A stretch of DNA of 45,441 nt from Promethearchaeota archaeon. GTDB taxonomy: Archaea > Asgardarchaeota > Lokiarchaeia > Sigyniarchaeales > SOKP01. Every line of letters starts with the position of its first letter. Within the stretch, counting starts at the first letter, position 1. The notes under the pieces are model-generated. The model was not told the DNA's origin and searched no databases. It saw only the letters and a list, made by a program, of their open reading frames with translations. Positions 40,124 through 45,441 of the stretch are shown here, in pieces. The position numbers and the translations under genes are program-made. The stretch lies in contig JAGXNO010000031.1 in the NCBI GenBank assembly GCA_019894975.1, positions 1 through 45,441 on the forward strand, read 5' to 3'.

Positions 40124-40319
40124 TATTACTTACGATCGTTACAGATGATCTTGGAAGTTTTCATTTTTAGTATAAAATACATCCTCTAATAAATATTTAA
40201 TTTTAATCTTTATAAAATTAAGTTGTGAAAATTTATATCAAAGTCTTTTTAACTACTATCATAAAAGTTTAATAAATAATAATAAAAGCTATATTAACCT
40301 ATAAATATTAAAAGCATCA

Positions 40320-41561
40320 ATGGTTACCATGCCCTCAGATAATTCAGAAATTATAAAGGTCGTTTCCAAATTTTTAGACCCTAAATCAGTAAAAATTGAT
40401 AAACTAGAGAAGATTGAAGATATTTTAAAATTACCAATTCAATCATACAAATTTTTAGATAAAGAAGAATCAACGATTATAAAAAATCTATTTGAAGTTT
40501 CAAAAATAAACGAAATATTAAAATTAGACAAGGAAGATCCGTTTCAAAGTTTAACAATATTAGAAGAATCAGAAGAATCTTTAGAAATAACCGAGAATTT
40601 AAAGGAAAAAATCGAAGCGTTAAAGAACAAGTATCCAACTTTAGAGACTAAATTAATAAAAGCGGTGACAATCAGCGCTCTTATAGAAAGTATTTCCAAA
40701 GAAAAAGAAGCTATTGAAACTCAAGCGCAAAAAGTGTTAGTAGCCGGATTAGACGCTGCAGGTAAAACCTCGCTATTATCAAAATTTGGAGGGCGTTTAG
40801 GGATAAGTGATATGATTGCCACTCACCCCACTAAAGGAGTGGTAAGGATGAAATTTGGGACTTCTAATCTATCACTATTTATTTGGGACCTTGGGGGCCA
40901 AGAAGAGTATCGAGAAAGATACTTAAATAATCCAGAACAATATTTTGTTCAATTAGACCTATTGATATATGTTATAGATATTCAAGATTCAGAAAGATTT
41001 GAAGAATCTTTAGATTATCTTGATAGTATTCTTAATTCATTAGTTATGTTAGAAGAAAGACCCTACGTACTATTATTCATTCATAAGTATGATCCTGATT
41101 TGAAAGGGGATCCCAAGATACTTTTGAATATCGAGCTGGTGAAAGATAACATAGGCGAACTTCTAAGAAGTAAGAAATATGATTTTGAAGTTGAAATATA
41201 TTTAACTTCTATTTATTCTTTAATATCTCGCGAACCACAATTTGCAAAGTACATAAAAAAATTAATGAGTGCAGGTTACTCTCTTTCAGATCCAACAGTA
41301 AAGAAGGTAGAAGGATTGGGAAAAACCTTAGAAGAAACTCTTAATGCAATTATTCGTTTATCTGAGAGTATATCTTCACAACTTAATGATCTTGATGCCC
41401 GCCTCCGTGCTATCGAATCAGGAGCATTCCAAGCAGCACAAGGTGGACAGCCACTTGAAATTTCTAATCCCTCTTTAAGTAGAAGTGGGGAGGGTTCAAG
41501 ATTGACAGTTCTTAATGAATTAAAAGATTTATTTAGTAAAAGAAAGAGCTTAGATTTTTAA
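40320..41561 (+). CDS. Arf-like small GTPase with N-terminal extension and C-terminal coiled coil
   Basis: GLDAAGKT, PTKG, WDLGGQ, HKYD, TSI. Confidence 0.88.
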   Translation: MVTMPSDNSEIIKVVSKFLDPKSVKIDKLEKIEDILKLPIQSYKFLDKEESTIIKNLFEVSKINEILKLDKEDPFQSLTILEESEESLEITENLKEKIEALKNKYPTLETKLIKAVTISALIESISKEKEAIETQAQKVLVAGLDAAGKTSLLSKFGGRLGISDMIATHPTKGVVRMKFGTSNLSLFIWDLGGQEEYRERYLNNPEQYFVQLDLLIYVIDIQDSERFEESLDYLDSILNSLVMLEERPYVLLFIHKYDPDLKGDPKILLNIELVKDNIGELLRSKKYDFEVEIYLTSIYSLISREPQFAKYIKKLMSAGYSLSDPTVKKVEGLGKTLEETLNAIIRLSESISSQLNDLDARLRAIESGAFQAAQGGQPLEISNPSLSRSGEGSRLTVLNELKDLFSKRKSLDF

Positions 41562-42289
41562 TTTATCATTTTTCTTCTCTTAAATTTATCCTGTATATGT
41601 TTAAATGTAGCAGATAACAAAATTGCAATACAAATTATAACCCACAACACAATATACCAAATGCTTTTAAAAAGTAATGAATTGATCTGTCTGTATTCAA
41701 TACTATATAAAGCAAACTGTTCAAAATATTCAATAATCATATGAAAAATCGGTGCTATCAAAAAAACTGAAATAAAGCTCCCCACTATACCAATAACATA
41801 ACCAATTATTACATCAGAAGGGTAATGGACGCCCAATTGAATTCTTGAAAATGAAACTATTACGGCTAATATTTGCATGATAATTGTTATTATGGGTGAT
41901 TTAAGGAAGAAGAACCCAAACAGTAAACCATATGCGGTAATATTATAAGAGTGCCAGGAAGGAAAACTCTTTGAACTAGGCTTTTTTTCAAGGACCTTAA
42001 GTTCACTTTTCTCTAACTTATGAAATGGTCTTGGTCTATCAACGATTTTTTTGATTGTGACTATGACAATTAACCCAACTAAGAAAACAGAGCCCAAATT
42101 GGACAATAAATAAGGATCATACCAAACAAATAGATAAAAGGCAATTAAAAAAATCCATAGTGTTTCTCTTCCTAAGAAGGAAAGTGTTTTTAAAATATAA
42201 GTAAAAGGCTTCCCACCTACTCCGTTATATTTTAAAATTATCTTTTGATCCCACTCATCGATTATTTTGGGAAAGTCTTTAAGCATCAT
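41558..42289 (-). CDS. PAP2-family membrane phosphatase
   Basis: KKIVDRPRP, SFPSWH, SRIQLGVHYPSD. Confidence 0.88.
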   Translation of the reverse strand: MMLKDFPKIIDEWDQKIILKYNGVGGKPFTYILKTLSFLGRETLWIFLIAFYLFVWYDPYLLSNLGSVFLVGLIVIVTIKKIVDRPRPFHKLEKSELKVLEKKPSSKSFPSWHSYNITAYGLLFGFFFLKSPIITIIMQILAVIVSFSRIQLGVHYPSDVIIGYVIGIVGSFISVFLIAPIFHMIIEYFEQFALYSIEYRQINSLLFKSIWYIVLWVIICIAILLSATFKHIQDKFKRRKMIN

Positions 42290-42312
42290 GATGGAATAAG
42301 CACTTGTTAACT

Positions 42313-43107
42313 TTAATTTGAACGAATATATTCATAAGCTTCTTTTACTTTAGAAACCTGTTTTTTAAAATAATCTAAGGAGTGAGAGTCAGAACCGACA
42401 AAAAATGTTCCTCCTTCCTTCTTTAATTGAGATATTATCGTTTTTGAAGGAAAAGGCCGTCCAATCGGAAATCTTCTCCCAGACAAATTGTATTCAATTG
42501 AAATCTTATTTTTTATACATAGTCTTCCTAATTCTAAAACTCTTTCTTCGGAAATGTCACAATCTTTCTCAGGTTTTATATCATTTTCATTAATATAACG
42601 GAATATAACGTCAAGGTGGCAAATATTCTTAAATATTTTAGAAGTTATCATGCTTTCAGAAGTTTCAAAATATTCATCAATAACATCTTTCATCTTTTTC
42701 TTAGTAAGGAATTCAAGTAGTTTCTTTTTAGATGTTACTGGATACCCAAAAATCCATTCATGCAGAGTACCTCCAATGAAATCCAGTTCTCTTTCATAAT
42801 CATCCATAAATTCTAAAAGTTCAATTTCTCTATCCTTATAATACTCAACCTCAAGCCCACTGTAAATAAAGTCATAAGTTTCTTTTAATTCATCAAGTTC
42901 CTCTAAATAATTTTCAATATTACCATTATAAAAGGGATTTGTCTTATCTTTTTCAATGGAATAGAGCTCAAAATGTTCTAGAAAACAGATATTAATTTCT
43001 TTTTTCTCAGCAATCTTTATATAGTCTTCGAATTTAGGTCCTTCCTCACCTACATCGGTACTCCAATTTGCAGTATGCAAGTGGTAATCTGTAAATTTAA
43101 ACTTCAT
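42313..43107 (-). CDS. PHP-family phosphatase (histidinol-phosphatase HisK-like)
   Basis: DYHLHT, LEH, GLEVEY, HLD, GSDSH. Confidence 0.85.
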   Translation of the reverse strand: MKFKFTDYHLHTANWSTDVGEEGPKFEDYIKIAEKKEINICFLEHFELYSIEKDKTNPFYNGNIENYLEELDELKETYDFIYSGLEVEYYKDREIELLEFMDDYERELDFIGGTLHEWIFGYPVTSKKKLLEFLTKKKMKDVIDEYFETSESMITSKIFKNICHLDVIFRYINENDIKPEKDCDISEERVLELGRLCIKNKISIEYNLSGRRFPIGRPFPSKTIISQLKKEGGTFFVGSDSHSLDYFKKQVSKVKEAYEYIRSN

Positions 43108-43156
43108 ATTTTGACAAGCTATATAATTAAGAAAGAGAAATAAAAATACTTATTAG

Positions 43157-45064
43157 TTAATCAATTGAATCCTCTTTTTCAAAATATACTTCATAAAATA
43201 GTTCTTTTTCCCCTGCTCCAGGTGGAGTTATCTTGGTATAACCTCCTTGTTGAATGATTCGAACAGTATTTTTATTTTGAATGTGTATATTTCCATAAAA
43301 TCCCTTTATTCCTTTCTCTTTTGCTACAATAATTAAATGTTGGTAAAGGAATGTACCTACTCCTTTTCCCCTATAATCTTCTCTAACTAAAAAACTATAT
43401 TCAGCTGTATTCGAGGATGGGTTTAAATAATAAGTTGCATTTCCGACCATTTCTTCATTACCAATTTCACCCACAAAAGCCCCAATTGAAAATATTTTAT
43501 CATAATCTATGTTTACTTCTCCCTGAGTTTTGGAATGAGTAAATTCTTTTTTCATACCAAAAAACCTCAGATATCTATCTCTTTCATTTAATGAATAATA
43601 TAATTCTTTAAGTAATGATTCATCCGTAGTTTTAACTGGTCTTATTCTAATCTTTTCATTATTAAAAGCAGTATAGATCGTTTCGTATTCCGAAGGGTAT
43701 AAACATATGCGTCCTTCTTCATCACACGGAAGTAATTGATCTGAGTAGATATAATTTAGCCTTTTTGCTTCCTCTAATAGCGATTGTCGGAAGTCTGGAT
43801 GGGCAACACATACCAATTCAAGCACTCTTTCTCGAATCGTTTTACCATGAAGATAAGCTACTCCCCATTCAGTTACAACATAATGCACATCTCCACGAGA
43901 TAACATTATTCCTGCACCCTCATCCAGATGAGGGACTATTCTGGAAATTTTACCATTTCGAGATGTAGAGGGGATAATGATAATTGGTTTGCCTCCTTTT
44001 GAAAATGCTGCACCCCTCATAAAATCGATAGTTTCCCCTAATCCTGAGTAAAACTGATATCCTTCCGTTGCGGCATTTACCTGCCCGGTTAGGTCAATTT
44101 GTCTCGCTGAATTTATTGAAACCAATTTTTTATTCATTCCTATATATCTTGGGTTGCACACATAATCTGAGGGGAAAAATTCAATGTAAGAGTTATTATG
44201 AACAAAGTTATATAATCTTTTCGTCCCTAAAGCAAGACTAGTAATAATTTTTTCAGGATGGAAACTCTTCTTTCTACATGTAAGAATACCCCTCTCAATA
44301 AGAGGGATTATGTTGTCTGTAATAATATGAGAATGCATTCCTAAGTCTTTTTTATCAAATAAATATTTTAAACAAGCATTTGGCAAATCTCCAAATCCGA
44401 TATGGATAGTTGATTTATTTTCTACTAGATCTGCTAAATTTTTTCCTATTTTTTCAGCGATATCATCTGGTTCGTCAAAATGAAACTCTAATAAAGGAGT
44501 ATTATTGTATACATAGAAATCGATTTCTTTCATGTGCATAAAACCATTCCCTGAAGTACGAGGCATTTGAGGATTGATTTCAGCTATAGTAATAAAAGAT
44601 GATTGAGCTATTGGTTTTGCAATATCAACATTTATCCCTAGTGAACAAAAACCATATGGATCTGGGGGTGTGACCTGTATAAGAGCAACATCTATGTGTT
44701 TACGACCTGTTGTAAATAAGGAAGGGATCTCACTTGCATAAATTGGTGTATAATCTGCCTGACCTTTATTGATTTCCTCACGAAGTGTCTTCCCAATAAA
44801 TAATGCATTATGCCTAAAAAGATCTTCAGCTTTGTCCTTGAAATATTTTTCAGGTCCAATTGTTAAGAAATGAAGGATTTCTGTGTCAATTAACTTCTCT
44901 GAATGTTTTATTAATTCTGAAGTTAATAACTGTGGTTCTGAACACCCCGAGTCTATAAAAACTCTATTTCCTGGAATTATTTTTTTAATGGCATCTTCAG
45001 CACTGATTTCCTTATCTTTCCATTTTTCTCTCCACATGTCATTACTAGATTTAGAATTCACCAT
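43157..45064 (-). CDS. Acetyl-CoA hydrolase/CoA-transferase-like domain fused to C-terminal GNAT acetyltransferase
   Basis: DVALIQV.PPD.YGFCSLG, DLTGQV, DFMRGA..SKGG, VVTEWG; GNAT motif A DYRGKGVGT. Confidence 0.9.
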   Translation of the reverse strand: MVNSKSSNDMWREKWKDKEISAEDAIKKIIPGNRVFIDSGCSEPQLLTSELIKHSEKLIDTEILHFLTIGPEKYFKDKAEDLFRHNALFIGKTLREEINKGQADYTPIYASEIPSLFTTGRKHIDVALIQVTPPDPYGFCSLGINVDIAKPIAQSSFITIAEINPQMPRTSGNGFMHMKEIDFYVYNNTPLLEFHFDEPDDIAEKIGKNLADLVENKSTIHIGFGDLPNACLKYLFDKKDLGMHSHIITDNIIPLIERGILTCRKKSFHPEKIITSLALGTKRLYNFVHNNSYIEFFPSDYVCNPRYIGMNKKLVSINSARQIDLTGQVNAATEGYQFYSGLGETIDFMRGAAFSKGGKPIIIIPSTSRNGKISRIVPHLDEGAGIMLSRGDVHYVVTEWGVAYLHGKTIRERVLELVCVAHPDFRQSLLEEAKRLNYIYSDQLLPCDEEGRICLYPSEYETIYTAFNNEKIRIRPVKTTDESLLKELYYSLNERDRYLRFFGMKKEFTHSKTQGEVNIDYDKIFSIGAFVGEIGNEEMVGNATYYLNPSSNTAEYSFLVREDYRGKGVGTFLYQHLIIVAKEKGIKGFYGNIHIQNKNTVRIIQQGGYTKITPPGAGEKELFYEVYFEKEDSID

Positions 45065-45283
45065 TGCTAAGGTCTAAGCTTTATTCCTTTATTTTTTAAT
45101 TTATAAAAGTTAACTCCCGTACTTTTATTAATTGTATTAACATCAATATAATGTTTTTGAAATTATAAATAAAATGTTTAAATTCCATTCAAATCTTTCT
45201 TGAATTAGAACTAACCTAATATAATATGAAATAAATAATATCTTGAATAAATCAAAAAAAGAAATTCAAAAGTGTAAAATATA

Positions 45284-45441
45284 ATGACTAAAGAAGAAAG
45301 AATGGAAAGTATTCTTACTGAAAACCGTATATTTGATCCTGTTAACTTCAAATCAGAGTATATCAAGACTGGTATGTCAATTGAAGAGTATAAAAAACTC
45401 TACAAGCAATCTATCGAAGATATGGAAGGATTTTGGGATGA
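45284..45441 (+). CDS. acs: Acetyl-CoA synthetase (AMP-forming), 5' partial
   Basis: MESILTENRIFDP...EEYKKLYKQSIEDMEGFW, a typical Acs N-terminus; runs off the window. Confidence 0.8.
   Translation, partial: MTKEERMESILTENRIFDPVNFKSEYIKTGMSIEEYKKLYKQSIEDMEGFWD

Noticed and set aside
41380-41420. DLDARLRAI as an ESCRT MIM1-like motif
   Set aside because: Internal and fully explained by coiled-coil heptads; no ESCRT genes nearby
414-45077. Many short ORFs in the track overlapping larger genes (e.g. 6677-7177, 30552-31070, 32916-33299)
   Set aside because: Antisense or off-frame shadows of well-supported genes with no recognisable motifs
1-45441. Selenocysteine/pyrrolysine recoding, tRNA/rRNA, CRISPR arrays, IS elements
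   Set aside because: No gene appears interrupted by an in-frame TGA/TAG; intergenic regions are short and AT-rich with no GC-rich structured RNA, regular repeats or transposase seen by eye

Overview
AT-rich archaeal chromosomal segment, most likely from an Asgard archaeon (Lokiarchaeia-like). The archaeal markers are aIF5B, class I CCA-adding enzyme, aEF-2, TFB and Taw1; several Rab- and Arf-like small GTPases point to Asgard. The first ~12 kb looks like one catabolic island. It contains a Dpp/Opp-type ABC importer whose two ATPases are each fused to an extra multi-pass membrane domain, two tandem glycyl radical enzymes (GREs) of unassigned type, their radical-SAM activase and a divergent TetR regulator. 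A shared 21-bp palindrome (TAAATWTAC-N3-GTAWATTTA) lies upstream of both GREs and between the activase and tetR. The remainder holds housekeeping genes, a divergent EF-2 with an altered diphthamide loop and eukaryotic-signature GTPases, including a pseudo-GTPase/alpha-solenoid giant and an Arf/Rag hybrid flanking TFB. It also carries a Taw1 with a wHTH-like insertion and a CoA-transferase-GNAT fusion that appears to lack its catalytic Glu and is divergent from acetyl-CoA synthetase. At least two genes seem to start at ATA. No rRNA, tRNA, CRISPR array or mobile element was seen. All calls come from motif recognition by eye; no database searches were run.
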